The notes under the pieces were generated by a model. That model did no database searches, had not been told where the DNA came from, and saw nothing but the letters and a program-made list of their open reading frames with translations. The translations under genes and the position numbers were made by a program. Of a stretch of 64,000 nucleotides of DNA, positions 36,028 through 45,847 are shown in pieces. Source of the DNA: Planctomycetota bacterium (GTDB lineage: Bacteria; Planctomycetota; B15-G4; SIAN01); assembly GCA_031409275.1 (NCBI GenBank), contig JANNXA010000055.1:144163-208162 (forward strand), written 5' to 3'. Within the stretch, counting starts at the first letter, position 1; every line of letters starts with the position of its first letter.

Positions 36028-38348
36028 AACGAGACGCGGTGACGTCGCGACGACGAGTCGAAGCGATCGCGACCGTCGTTGTCTCGCTCGTCGCCACGGC
36101 GTCACTCGTTGCCGACGACGCCCCGTTGCCACGACGCTGGCTCGAACTCGAAGTTCCCGCCGCCGATGAGTCGCCGCTCGTGCCGATCGCGACCGAAGAG
36201 CTCGCCACGCTGCTTGCCACCCACGGCTACGCCGGCGTGCTCCTCGACTTTCCAAGCGGCACCGGCGCATTCGACGAATCATGGGCGCTCCCCTTTCGAA
36301 CGGCGGGCCTTGCGGTCCGCTCCACACGGCGCGCGACGCAGCGAATCGACGAACTCCCGCCGTGGCCGGCCATCGAGCCGCGACTGCTGCCCGGCGAAGG
36401 CGACGGCGACGATCCAGCGGCCGTGTGGTTGCGACCGCTGCTACGCCCGGCCGTCATCGACTGGCTCTGGCAGGCGCCGCCGGAAGCGACCGGAGGCGGC
36501 GATGGCTACCTCTCGTCGCGACTGCTGTTGCCGACGCGGCCGGAGCGACGCGCCGAGCAGATGCGACTCGATCTTGCGAGCTTCGCGCCGGTCCCGGCCG
36601 CACCGTCACCGCCCATCGACGCGCCGCTGTTGCGCCAGAGTGCCTTGGCGAGCGAACTGGCGGCGCTGCTCGGCGGGAATCACCCCGAGCTGATCGCGCC
36701 GCTCGAGAATCGCGCCAGCAACGCGTTGGACGCGCTGCGCTGGCGCCCGCTGCGCCGAGCGCCGGAGTGGCTCGAGGTCGATGAGTGGTTCGGCGCGTTC
36801 GGCAGCGATGGCGAGATGCTCGCCGCGCGGCTGCTGCGCGATCCCGCCCCGCCGGCGGCGCTCGCCGCGGCGCTATCCGCCGCACGCGACACACGCACGG
36901 AGTCGGGACAATCGTCACGCGCCGGGATCGTCGATGACGCCACGCGGACGTGGCTCGCCGACGCCATCGAGCAGCGCTGGCAGGCGACGGCGAAGCTGGC
37001 CGCGCTGCTGCGCGACCCGACGCTGCGCCTCGCGGAGGACGCCGTCGCAGCGGCGCCGCCGGCGACGATCACGGCTCCCGCTTGGCGCGACGGGATCGAG
37101 TACGAGTCGCGGCAGCGCGTCGCCGAGCGCTGGCAGCTCCATCCATGGCGGGTGCACACGCGCCGCTTCGCGCTCAGCAGCAAGACGCTGCGAGCCGGCG
37201 TCAGCGCGCCGCCGCTCGACGTCCTCGCGATCGACGACCCGCGTCTCGAGCGGTTCGTTCCGCAGCTGGCGGCCGCGCTGAAGACGACGCCGTGGGACCT
37301 CGCCGCCTGGCTGCCGGTGGTGCCCGGTGCGACGATCACGCTGCGGACCACCCTCGCGCTGCGCGATCCGCGGCAGTTCCGACTCGAACTCGACGCTGCG
37401 GCGACCTGCACCGTCCGCCTCAACGAAGCGCTGGTGATCGACCGTTTTTCCGCCGACCGCGACCACCTCCTCACGACGTTGGCGGTGCCGGCCGGGACGA
37501 GCGAGTTGAGCCTCGAGCTCGTCCTCGACGGCACCCGCGACACGCTCCAACTGGCGCTCGAGCTGCTTCCGCAGCGCGCTGGCGGACTTCTCCTTTCCGC
37601 GGCCAACGCATCGCAGGTCGTCGAGCCGATGGTGCGCCTGGGCGACGCCGGCGCGCTCGACGGCGCCAGCCTCGCGCTCCTCGCGGCGCGCCCGCAAGGC
37701 GGCGAAGGCAACGCCTTCTTTCCCTTCGCGCTCGACACGACCACGCTCTACGACGTGTGGCTCCACGCGCTCCCAATCGCCGGCGGCGGCGCGCTCGAAC
37801 TCGACTGCGATGGCAGCCCGCCGCTCAAGGTCGACCTCGCACCTGCGAGCGGTTGGCGGTGGCAGCGCGTCGCCGCGCCCTTCTGGCTGACCAACGGCTC
37901 GCACGCGCTGCGGCTGCGGCTGCTCACCGCTGGCGTGCGGCTCGATCAGATCGCCCTGGTCGCCAGCGAAACGCGCTTCCCGCGACTGCCAGCAGGAGAT
38001 CAGCCGCTTTGGAACAGCGCGTGGCGCTACGACCCGCTCGGCTCCGGCATCGTCGTCGATCTCCCGACACTCACCACCGGCGAGCTCTTCGGTCGCGCGT
38101 TCGAGGTCGAGAAGAGCGGTAACTACCAGCTCTACGCCTGGCTGAAGGGGAGCAGCCCGATGGCGCCAGGCCAACGCGCCGAGGTCGAGCTCACCTCCCC
38201 TTCGACGAGAGTGCGCCTGGTCCTGCCGGCCGGCACCCCGAGCGAAGAGTGGGTCGCGCTCGGCGACGTGGCGCTGACCGCCGGCGAGCGCGTCGAGCTG
38301 CGGGTCCGCGGTGACGGGGCACTGGCGCGCGTGGCATTGCGGCGCTGA
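36024..38348 (+). CDS. Hypothetical protein (774 aa)
   Basis: It is a long ORF with a hydrophobic N-terminus (IATVVVSLVATASLVA). Its start overlaps the TPR gene stop. I recognised no domain. Confidence 0.55.
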   Translation: MKRDAVTSRRRVEAIATVVVSLVATASLVADDAPLPRRWLELEVPAADESPLVPIATEELATLLATHGYAGVLLDFPSGTGAFDESWALPFRTAGLAVRSTRRATQRIDELPPWPAIEPRLLPGEGDGDDPAAVWLRPLLRPAVIDWLWQAPPEATGGGDGYLSSRLLLPTRPERRAEQMRLDLASFAPVPAAPSPPIDAPLLRQSALASELAALLGGNHPELIAPLENRASNALDALRWRPLRRAPEWLEVDEWFGAFGSDGEMLAARLLRDPAPPAALAAALSAARDTRTESGQSSRAGIVDDATRTWLADAIEQRWQATAKLAALLRDPTLRLAEDAVAAAPPATITAPAWRDGIEYESRQRVAERWQLHPWRVHTRRFALSSKTLRAGVSAPPLDVLAIDDPRLERFVPQLAAALKTTPWDLAAWLPVVPGATITLRTTLALRDPRQFRLELDAAATCTVRLNEALVIDRFSADRDHLLTTLAVPAGTSELSLELVLDGTRDTLQLALELLPQRAGGLLLSAANASQVVEPMVRLGDAGALDGASLALLAARPQGGEGNAFFPFALDTTTLYDVWLHALPIAGGGALELDCDGSPPLKVDLAPASGWRWQRVAAPFWLTNGSHALRLRLLTAGVRLDQIALVASETRFPRLPAGDQPLWNSAWRYDPLGSGIVVDLPTLTTGELFGRAFEVEKSGNYQLYAWLKGSSPMAPGQRAEVELTSPSTRVRLVLPAGTPSEEWVALGDVALTAGERVELRVRGDGALARVALRR

Positions 38349-38402
38349 GTGCTAGAAGGGCCGCGGAACACGATCCTCGACGCCGGTGCTGGGGAGCCGC
38401 TG

Positions 38403-38642
38403 ATGCCCACCTTCGACTACTCATGCAGCACTTGCGGCGAGCGCTTCGAGAAGCACGTCGCGAGCGCGCGAACGCGGCCGTCCTGCCCACGTTGCAGAGG
38501 CAAGTCGGTGACGCGCGAGATCGCCGCGCCGGCCATCCGCGGCAGCTCGCCGCGCGCGCCCATCCTTCCGGTCGCGGGTGGATCAGCGCACGGCTGCGGG
38601 AACATCGAGCGACCCGGCTGTGGTGGCGGAGGTTGCGCGTGA
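38403..38642 (+). CDS. FmdB-family zinc-ribbon protein
   Basis: MPTFDYSCSTCGERFEKHVASARTRPSCPRCRGKSVTREIAAP matches the FmdB putative-regulatory-protein signature (two CxxC pairs). It has a Gly-rich tail. Confidence 0.7.
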   Translation: MPTFDYSCSTCGERFEKHVASARTRPSCPRCRGKSVTREIAAPAIRGSSPRAPILPVAGGSAHGCGNIERPGCGGGGCA

Positions 38643-39340
38643 CGCCCCGCACGCCGCCGGCGACGGTCGCCTTCGACATCGAGGTCGTCGGCTACGACTG
38701 GAGCGAACTCGACGAGGCGACTCGCGGCTACCTGCTCGAGCGCGCCCGCAAGAAGGGGGAGACGGCGGAGGACGCGGCCGGGAAGCTCGCGCTGACGCTC
38801 GGACTCGGCCGGGTCGTCGCCATCGCGTTGTGGAATCTCGACGAGCAGCGCGGTGCCGTGCTGCTCGAGGGGCCCTCCACGGGCTGGAGCGCGTGGCCGG
38901 GTCGCAGCGACGGCGCCTGGCTGTTTCGTGGCGACGAGAAGCAGCTGCTCGAAGCGTTCTGGGAGCGCATCCGCGGCTACGGCCGTCTGGTGACGTTCGC
39001 CGGCCGAATGTTCGACGGCCCGGTGCTGATGGTCCGCTCGGCGCTGCACGGCGTCGCCCCGTCGCGCCACCTCGCGGCGCGCGACTTCGCCATGCGCCAG
39101 CACTGCGACCTCGCGGAACTCTTCACCTTCCAGGGCGCCGTTCGCGACCACTACAAGCTCGACTACTGGTGCCGCCGCTTCGGTCTCGAGTCGCCGAAAT
39201 CGACGCTCGACGGCTCGCAGGTGGGCGCGGCGTACAAGGCCGGCGAGATCGAGAAGATCGGCGACTACTGCCTGCGCGACGCGCGCGCCACCGGACTCCT
39301 GTTCGAGAAGGTCAAGGAGACGCTGATTCCGCTGCTCTAG
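38639..39340 (+). CDS. Predicted RNase H-like 3'-5' exonuclease related to the PolB exonuclease domain (COG3298-like)
   Basis: The Exo I motif is VAFDIEVVGYDW, and there is a C-terminal YCLRD (YxxxD) motif. A GGAGG SD precedes the GTG, and the start overlaps the FmdB stop (GTGA). Confidence 0.65.
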   Translation: MTPRTPPATVAFDIEVVGYDWSELDEATRGYLLERARKKGETAEDAAGKLALTLGLGRVVAIALWNLDEQRGAVLLEGPSTGWSAWPGRSDGAWLFRGDEKQLLEAFWERIRGYGRLVTFAGRMFDGPVLMVRSALHGVAPSRHLAARDFAMRQHCDLAELFTFQGAVRDHYKLDYWCRRFGLESPKSTLDGSQVGAAYKAGEIEKIGDYCLRDARATGLLFEKVKETLIPLL

Positions 39341-39345
39341 CAGCC

Positions 39346-39378
39346 CGTCCGCCGCTTCGGCGCGAGAACCGTTTTCCT
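39346..39378 (+). terminator. Putative intrinsic terminator after the exonuclease gene
   Basis: A GC hairpin (CGCCG-CTT-CGGCG) is followed by GTTTTCC, starting 6 nt after the TAG stop. Confidence 0.4.
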
Positions 39379-39473
39379 TGCTCGAGCGCCCCACTCCGGC
39401 TGCACGAGGGCCGCTGCCGATAGGTCAGCGGACTCTCTTCCAGATGTTCGATCGCAGCCAGGAGTGACGCGAC

Positions 39474-41306
39474 ATGCAGTCCTCGCGGGCGCCTCTTTGC
39501 GTCTTCTTTGCGGCGTTCATCACGTTCGCCATCGCCTTCTCGTCGCTGTTGGCGCTGCTCAAGCCGCGCCTCGAACAGCGTCATCGTGACGAACAGGCGA
39601 AGCACGCGGAGCCGCCCCACCCGAAGGACGCGGCCGTCAGTGCTTCGCTCGGCGCCATGGCTCACGGTGGGCGGCCGCCGGGCACCGCTCGGCCGACTTC
39701 GCTGCGCGCGATCGGTCGCGTCGTCGACGCTCGTGGCGCACCGATCGCCGGTGCCACCGTCGTCTTCACCGATCCTTCCACCAACGTGGTCGCCACCTGC
39801 AGCAGCGATGAAAGCGGCCAGTTCGACGCGTCGTTCGCGGCGACGCCGGATTTGAACGCCAGCGCTTCAGCGGCGGGCTACCAGAGCAGCACACCTTCCC
39901 CGCTGCCAGGCGATTCCGCGCTCCAGCAGATCGGCGATCTCGTGCTGCGCGACGGCGGTGCCGTGCGCCTGCGCATCAGCGGCGATGCCGCCGGTGCGAT
40001 CCAGAACGCGACGGTCACCTTGCTGCCGATGGGCGAGGGCGATGCTGCAGCGCTGGCGCAAGCGCACAGCAGCGCCGACGGCAGCGCGATCCTGCGCGGG
40101 ATCGACTGCGGCAGCTACCGGCTCCGGATCGAGGCGGAAGGCCATGCGCGCGCCGAACGCAACTGGCGATTCGACGGGATCGGCCGCGCCGGCACCGACG
40201 AACTCGCCTTCGTCCTGCTACCGCTGACCAGCTACGTCAGCGGCACCGCCAACGACTCCACTGCGGAAGCGATCGATCGCGGCGAAGTGGTCGCACGCCT
40301 CGTCCGTCCTGATCCGCCGTCGTCGCAGACCTGGCGCAGCGAGCTGGCCGGAGACGGCGCCTTCCGGATCGGACCGCTTCCGCGCGGCACCTACGAAGTG
40401 CATCTGCAGGTCGATGGCATGGTGCAGCAAGGTCACCTCTACGCCGAAGCGGATGGTGAACCGATCGAGATCGTCGCCGGCCACGGCGGTTCGCTGCACG
40501 GCCGCTTCGACGATGACTTCCCGCTCAGCCAGGCGCCGACGCTCTCCTTGTGGAAGCTCGACCGCGCCGGCCAAGCGCAGCCGCTCGAACTCGAGAAACC
40601 TGCCGTCGTCGATCTGGCCACTCGCGAGTTCCGTCTCGATGGCGTCGCGCCCGGGCGCTACGTGCTGCGCGGCGTCGCCGATGGGTACGCCCCGACGCGG
40701 ACCGATCCGTTCGAGTTGGCGATCGCCTCGGCGCCCGATGCGGTGCTGCTGCGTTTCGGCGGCGGCGGTGCGGTGACGGGCACGCTCGTCGACCATCGAG
40801 GAGCGCCGTTGCGCGGCGCACGCGTGACCTTGTTCGAGGGCATGGCGCCGCCACCGGCCGCGTGGGCCTCGACGTTCCCGCACGACGCCCACAGCGAGGT
40901 CGCCACCGATGGCGATGGGCGCTTCAGCTTGAGCATGCTCGCGCCCGGAAGCCAGGTCGCGGTCTTCGAGGCGGCGGGCCAGCCGCCGCGCAGCTTCGGC
41001 CCGCTGTGGGTCGCGGAAGGCGTCACCACCGCGCTGCCGGAACTCTCGATCGCCGGCGGGACGGTGCTGTCGATCACGCTTCACGACGGCGCCGGGACCG
41101 TTGCCGCGAGCGGCCGCGTCCGCGTCAGCTCCACGGAGCTCGGCGTCGACGTGACCACGATCGCCGACGAGCAGGGCAACGTCTGCTTGCGCGGGATGCC
41201 GGCCGGCAAGTACTGGCTGACGCCCTGCGATGGCAGCGAGCCGCGCGAAGTCACGCTGACCACCGGCGAGACGCTGCGCTGCGAACTGCTCCACAGCTCG
41301 CGCTGA
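39474..41306 (+). CDS. Membrane-anchored protein with multiple carboxypeptidase-regulatory-like (transthyretin-fold) domains
   Basis: It has an N-terminal TM (LCVFFAAFITFAIAFSSLLALL). Repeated RVVDARGAPIAGATVVF, GTLVDHRGAPLRGARVTLF and GRFSL blocks are typical of CarboxypepD_reg domains. Confidence 0.65.
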   Translation: MQSSRAPLCVFFAAFITFAIAFSSLLALLKPRLEQRHRDEQAKHAEPPHPKDAAVSASLGAMAHGGRPPGTARPTSLRAIGRVVDARGAPIAGATVVFTDPSTNVVATCSSDESGQFDASFAATPDLNASASAAGYQSSTPSPLPGDSALQQIGDLVLRDGGAVRLRISGDAAGAIQNATVTLLPMGEGDAAALAQAHSSADGSAILRGIDCGSYRLRIEAEGHARAERNWRFDGIGRAGTDELAFVLLPLTSYVSGTANDSTAEAIDRGEVVARLVRPDPPSSQTWRSELAGDGAFRIGPLPRGTYEVHLQVDGMVQQGHLYAEADGEPIEIVAGHGGSLHGRFDDDFPLSQAPTLSLWKLDRAGQAQPLELEKPAVVDLATREFRLDGVAPGRYVLRGVADGYAPTRTDPFELAIASAPDAVLLRFGGGGAVTGTLVDHRGAPLRGARVTLFEGMAPPPAAWASTFPHDAHSEVATDGDGRFSLSMLAPGSQVAVFEAAGQPPRSFGPLWVAEGVTTALPELSIAGGTVLSITLHDGAGTVAASGRVRVSSTELGVDVTTIADEQGNVCLRGMPAGKYWLTPCDGSEPREVTLTTGETLRCELLHSSR

Positions 41307-41330
41307 TCCGCCGGCTACGCTGCGGCGCGC

Positions 41331-42149
41331 ATGGAACGCGCGTCGCATGACCCGCTCGCCCCTTCGCGACCACCCTGGCGCGTGGCGAGCCTCGCCATCG
41401 CCGCCTGCGCAGCGCGGCTGCTGCTGGCGGCCGCGCCAGCGCAGGCCGACGTCGCGGCGCGCAGTGCGGCGGTCGGCGCCCTGCTGGTGCTGGGATGGCT
41501 GCCCGCCGCGCTCAGCCGTTTCGCGCGGCGAAACGACGCGGATCGCTGGCGTGCGGAGACGCGCGCGGCCTGGCTCGCGCTGGGCGTCGGGCTGCTGATG
41601 TGCGCCCTCGGGCTGGCGTTGCGCGAAGTGCTGGCGCAACCGCAGCCTCTGCTGACGGATCGGGCACCTTGGCCGTGGGCCGAACTGGCCGCCGCGCAGG
41701 CGCTGCTCTTCTGTTCCCAACTCGTTCCGCTGCCGGGCAGCGAAGGCTCGACGCTGATCGAGGCGGCCCTTCGTCGCGGGCGTCCGCAATTGGTCGCGGC
41801 GCGACTGGTCGGCCGGTTGCGCGGCGGCGCCGTGGCGCTCGTGGCGTTGCTCCTCGCGCTCGTGCCCGGCGCTGGACGTGATCCCATCTCGCTTGCAGTC
41901 GCCGTGCTCTTCGCCGTACTCGCATGGCGAGGCGAGCGCGCTCTGTTCCAACAGGCGCTCGCGCGCGAGCAGGCGTTGCAGCTCGATGCGCGATCTCGCC
42001 CCGCGCTGCTCCAGCCGCTATCGCCCGCGCAGTTCCGCGCGTTCGCGGCGGTCGCCGCGCGAGCCTACGCCGAGGCGACGCGTGCCCGCCACAGCAGCCC
42101 GAAGCCGATCGCAAGCGCCGCCAGCAGCACGCCAACCGAGCCGGAGTAG
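41331..42149 (+). CDS. Hypothetical membrane protein
   Basis: It has several hydrophobic segments. The opposite-strand ORFs here are Arg-rich shadows. It converges on the MFS gene and overlaps it by about 85 nt. Confidence 0.4.
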   Translation: MERASHDPLAPSRPPWRVASLAIAACAARLLLAAAPAQADVAARSAAVGALLVLGWLPAALSRFARRNDADRWRAETRAAWLALGVGLLMCALGLALREVLAQPQPLLTDRAPWPWAELAAAQALLFCSQLVPLPGSEGSTLIEAALRRGRPQLVAARLVGRLRGGAVALVALLLALVPGAGRDPISLAVAVLFAVLAWRGERALFQQALAREQALQLDARSRPALLQPLSPAQFRAFAAVAARAYAEATRARHSSPKPIASAASSTPTEPE

Positions 42150-43333
42150 CTCGCCGCACCGCTCGCGACCCCTCGATCGACCAGCGCCGTGAAGGGAAAC
42201 AGCGTCAGCAGCGAGGCGCGTTGTGCGAGCCCGTAGACGCCGAAGGCCTCCCCGAGCTCCGCGCGCGGCACCATCTGCACCAGCCAATGGCGGCTCGCCG
42301 CCCAGATGCCCGCGAGACCGGCGCCGCCAAGCGTGCCGATGGCGGCGACGCGCACGCCCCACCACGGCGCGAACTGCGCGATGAGCAGCCCGAGGAACAG
42401 CAAGGCGACCGCCAGCAGCGTCGTGCGCCGGCCGCCGCGACGATCGCTCTCACGGCCGAGGACGAAGCCCCCGACGATGCAGGAAAGCTGGATGCCGAGC
42501 AGGAACAGCGTGACGCCATGCGAGCTCAGCGCCAACCCTTCGCGACGCGCCGCATAGCGGGCCACCTGCGCCAACACGGTGTTGACGCTGTCGCAGACGA
42601 AGAAGATCCCGAAGAAGAACGCGCGCCGTTCGCGCGGCGCGAGCTGGCGACGCAACGCCGCGAAGCCCTCGCGAAACGAAAGCAGGAGCAGCGCGCGCGC
42701 CGTCAGCGGTGCGGCGAGTGGGCGCGACGCCGGCTGCTCGACGACGCAGAAACGCATCGGCAGCGTGAAGATCAGGAAGAGCGCCGCCGCCAGCAGGTAG
42801 AGCGCGCCGTAGCCGCTTTGGTCGAGGTCGAACGCGAGGATCAGCCCGAACGCGAAGAGGTTGCCGAGGTAGCCGAGCGCGACACCGGCTCCTGACGCGG
42901 CGCCGACGGCCTCGACGCCGACCAATCCGGGCAGCAGCGCGTTGTACGGCACCGCCGCCATCTCGTAGCAGAAGCGCGCCACGACGTAGAGCAGCATCAG
43001 CGCCAGCGCGCCGTGCGCCGCCGCCATCGCCGTCGTCGCCGCGCAGCACGCGAGCGTCAACGCGAACGTGAGGGAGCGGGCGCGGCCGATGCGATCGACG
43101 AGTGCGCCGAGCGCCGGCGAGAGCAGCGCGGAGAGCAGCATCGCGGGGACGTACGCCAGCGCGACCGCGGACTCGCTTCCGGTCTGCAGCGCGAGCTGCT
43201 CGGGGAAGTAGCGCGTGGCGACCAGCAGGAAGAAGACGGTGTTCGCGAGGTCGTAGAGCGACCATGCCAGGAGCGCACGGCGCGGCGACGTTGGATGGGC
43301 GGGAGCGGTCACGCCCGCATCATGGGCGCGCAC
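42065..43333 (-). CDS. MFS transporter
   Basis: It has about 12 predicted TM helices, and SLYDLANTVFFLLVATRYFPEQL has an MFS-like N-terminus. The start is uncertain. Confidence 0.7.
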   Translation of the reverse strand: MRAHDAGVTAPAHPTSPRRALLAWSLYDLANTVFFLLVATRYFPEQLALQTGSESAVALAYVPAMLLSALLSPALGALVDRIGRARSLTFALTLACCAATTAMAAAHGALALMLLYVVARFCYEMAAVPYNALLPGLVGVEAVGAASGAGVALGYLGNLFAFGLILAFDLDQSGYGALYLLAAALFLIFTLPMRFCVVEQPASRPLAAPLTARALLLLSFREGFAALRRQLAPRERRAFFFGIFFVCDSVNTVLAQVARYAARREGLALSSHGVTLFLLGIQLSCIVGGFVLGRESDRRGGRRTTLLAVALLFLGLLIAQFAPWWGVRVAAIGTLGGAGLAGIWAASRHWLVQMVPRAELGEAFGVYGLAQRASLLTLFPFTALVDRGVASGAASYSGSVGVLLAALAIGFGLLWRARVASA

Positions 43334-43354
43334 CGCCGCGCTTCAACCCGGGTG

Positions 43355-43744
43355 TCAGGTCGCGCCGCTCGCCGCCTGTGTGCCAAGGTGCTTGCGGATG
43401 GTCTGGACCAGAGCTTCGGGCCGGAACGGCTTGCGGAAGTACTCCACCGCGCCGAGTTCGCGCGACTTCGAGCGCCCTTCGCGGTGCTCGCGGGCCGTGA
43501 AGACGATCACCGGGACCGGCGCGCACGCCGCGTCCGCCTTCATGCGCTCGAGCGTCTCCCAGCCGTCCATCCCCGGCATCATGATGTCGAGCAGCACGAT
43601 GCCCGGCCGCTGGGCTCGCGCCTTCTCGATCCCCTCCGGGCCGGAGAGCGCCGAGTCGACGTGGAATCCTTCGGCTTCGAGGACCATCGCCGTGGACATG
43701 GCGATCCACTTGTCGTCGTCGATGATCAGCACGCTGTCGCCCAT
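43355..43744 (-). CDS. Single-domain response regulator (receiver domain only)
   Basis: MGDSVLIIDDD, VLLDIMMPGMDG, VIVFTA and YFRKPF are REC motifs. The track ORF 43355..44713 has an N-terminal shadow. Confidence 0.8.
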   Translation of the reverse strand: MGDSVLIIDDDKWIAMSTAMVLEAEGFHVDSALSGPEGIEKARAQRPGIVLLDIMMPGMDGWETLERMKADAACAPVPVIVFTAREHREGRSKSRELGAVEYFRKPFRPEALVQTIRKHLGTQAASGAT

Positions 43745-43758
43745 GTCGCTTCCCTCGC

Positions 43759-45291
43759 TCAACCTGGAACGGTGACCGGTGCCACCGGCTTGTCCTGCGC
43801 GACCGCAGCGGGCGCGATCGGCAGGCGCAACGTGAAGATCGACCCTGCCTGCAGCGCGCTCTCGATCGCGATGGTGCCGCCGCTCGCCTCCACCATCCGC
43901 TTCGCCAGGCTCAGCCCGAGACCGGAGCCCGCGTGGGCCCGTGTCAGCGGATCTTCGAGCTGGCGGAAGCCGAGGAAGATCGTCTCGTGATGCTCGGACG
44001 CGATGCCGATCCCGCTGTCGCGCACGCGCACGACGGCCTCGTCGTCGTGCGCTTCGATCGCGATGTCGACGTTGCCGCCGGCGGGAGTGAACTTGACGGC
44101 GTTCTCGGCCACCTCCGCGAGGGCCCGCCGCAGATCGTCGGCGTTGCCGAACACCTCGAGCGTCGGGTCGAGCGTCGTGACCTCGAATTGCAGCCCCTTC
44201 TCGCGCGCCCCGATCCGGCACGGCGCGAGCGCCTCCTCGACCATCGGCGCGAGCAGGAACGGCTCGCGGACGGCAGCGCTGCCCCGCTCGAGCTCGGCGA
44301 GCAGCAGGAGCTTGTCGATCTGCCGCTCGAGCCGCAGCAGCTGCCCTTCCATCGCCGACAGCACGCGCTGCTGGCGCGGATCGAGCGGCGGTGAGCCGCG
44401 CCCGAGCACGCTGGCGAAGCTGTTCAACGCGGTGAGCGGCGTGCGCAGTTCGTGGGCGACGACGTTCAGGTAGTGGTGCTTCAGTTCCTGCACGCGCTGC
44501 TCGGCAGTGGCGTCCGCCAGCACCGCAAAGGAGCCAGCCGGACTGCCGCCCGCCGTCACGAGGGGCATGGTGCGCACGTCGGCCACTCGGCCACGACGGG
44601 ACAGCTGGACCCGTTGCCGGCGCGGCGCGCACGGCTCCTGGCCAGGAGCCGCCAACAACGCGTCGCGCAGCGCCCCGTCGAGCTTCACTTCCGCGAGGAC
44701 GCGACCGAGACAATCCTCGGCCGCGACTTCGAGCAGCTCGGCGGCGGCCGGGTTGAGCTGCTGCACGCGGCCATCGCGATCGAGCACGACGATGCCGTCG
44801 GCGATCGCCTGGAGGACCGCGTCGGCGCGCGACAGGCTCGCGCGATGCTGCAGCTTCGCGACCTGCGCCTCCGCGAGATCACGCTCGATCGCCGCATCGC
44901 GCTCTGCCCGCGGAGATCGCCGCGCCGCCTCGATGACCTCGGTCACCGTGGAGCGCAGCAGTTCAAGGTCGGTGAACGGCTTGCGGAGGTACGCGCCGAC
45001 CCCGTTCGCCACCGCATCCGCATCGGCGACGAGCGCCGGAAAGGCCGTGATCACGATGATCCCGATGCGGTCGCCGAACTCGGCGCGCAGCTCTCGGATG
45101 AACTCGGGCCCCGACATTCCGGGCATGTGCAGATCGGTCACGACGACGTCGGGGCGGTTGCGGCGAATCGCCGGCAGCGCATGGAGAGGCGACGGGAAGA
45201 TCTCGACTTCGCGTCCGGGTGAACGCAGCACGCGACGCAGGAGGGCGAGGATGCCCTCTTCATCGTCGACGATGACCACCCGTTCCAGCAT
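43759..45291 (-). CDS. Hybrid sensor histidine kinase with the domain order REC, PAS-like, HisKA, HATPase_c
   Basis: The N-terminal receiver has VVIVDDEEG and VVVTDLHMPGMSG. The H-box is VVAHELRTPLTAL. The ATP lid has DSGIGIASEHHETIF and GSGLGLSLA. Confidence 0.85.
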   Translation of the reverse strand: MLERVVIVDDEEGILALLRRVLRSPGREVEIFPSPLHALPAIRRNRPDVVVTDLHMPGMSGPEFIRELRAEFGDRIGIIVITAFPALVADADAVANGVGAYLRKPFTDLELLRSTVTEVIEAARRSPRAERDAAIERDLAEAQVAKLQHRASLSRADAVLQAIADGIVVLDRDGRVQQLNPAAAELLEVAAEDCLGRVLAEVKLDGALRDALLAAPGQEPCAPRRQRVQLSRRGRVADVRTMPLVTAGGSPAGSFAVLADATAEQRVQELKHHYLNVVAHELRTPLTALNSFASVLGRGSPPLDPRQQRVLSAMEGQLLRLERQIDKLLLLAELERGSAAVREPFLLAPMVEEALAPCRIGAREKGLQFEVTTLDPTLEVFGNADDLRRALAEVAENAVKFTPAGGNVDIAIEAHDDEAVVRVRDSGIGIASEHHETIFLGFRQLEDPLTRAHAGSGLGLSLAKRMVEASGGTIAIESALQAGSIFTLRLPIAPAAVAQDKPVAPVTVPG

Positions 45292-45370
45292 GCGCGTCGC
45301 TTCTCCGCGTCCCTCTTCGGCGCATCGGCACGCGACGGCTCAGGGAATTGGGTTCCGGTCGACGCGCCGC

Positions 45371-45763
45371 TCAGGCGACGCGGGCGGGGACCTGCTTGCG
45401 AACGTCGTCCTCGGTGGCGGCGACGTGGAAGTACTCGTCGAGGTGCATCATCTGGAAGATCTTCTGCAGGAAGTGGGTGATCCCGACCAGCCAGAGCGTG
45501 CCGCCGGCGGCTTGCACCTGGTTGTGCAGCCCGATCATCAGCCCCACCCCGCACGAGTCGACGATGCTCACCTTCTCGAGGTCGAGCACGAGCGTGCGGC
45601 CCCCCGCATCGAGCTTCTGCTGCACGACCGGGCGAAGCGACGCCTTCAGCTCGTCGGCGACGTCGTAGTTCAGGTACTTGCACAGGATCTGGATCGTCGC
45701 CGCGGGCCCGAGCGGCCAGTCGCGGACGATGTAGCGCGCGTCGCCCGCTTGATGTTCGGCCAT
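45371..45763 (-). CDS. STAS-domain anti-sigma-factor antagonist (SpoIIAA-like)
   Basis: LDLEKVSIVDSCGVGLMIGL is the STAS core with a conserved Ser. The protein is 130 aa. Confidence 0.75.
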   Translation of the reverse strand: MAEHQAGDARYIVRDWPLGPAATIQILCKYLNYDVADELKASLRPVVQQKLDAGGRTLVLDLEKVSIVDSCGVGLMIGLHNQVQAAGGTLWLVGITHFLQKIFQMMHLDEYFHVAATEDDVRKQVPARVA

Positions 45764-45847
45764 TGCGATCCTCCCTCGACCACCGCTCCCTTTTCGGCGG
45801 GCGCACGGCGAGGGCTAGAGCGAAGTTCGACCGACCGGACGCGGTTC

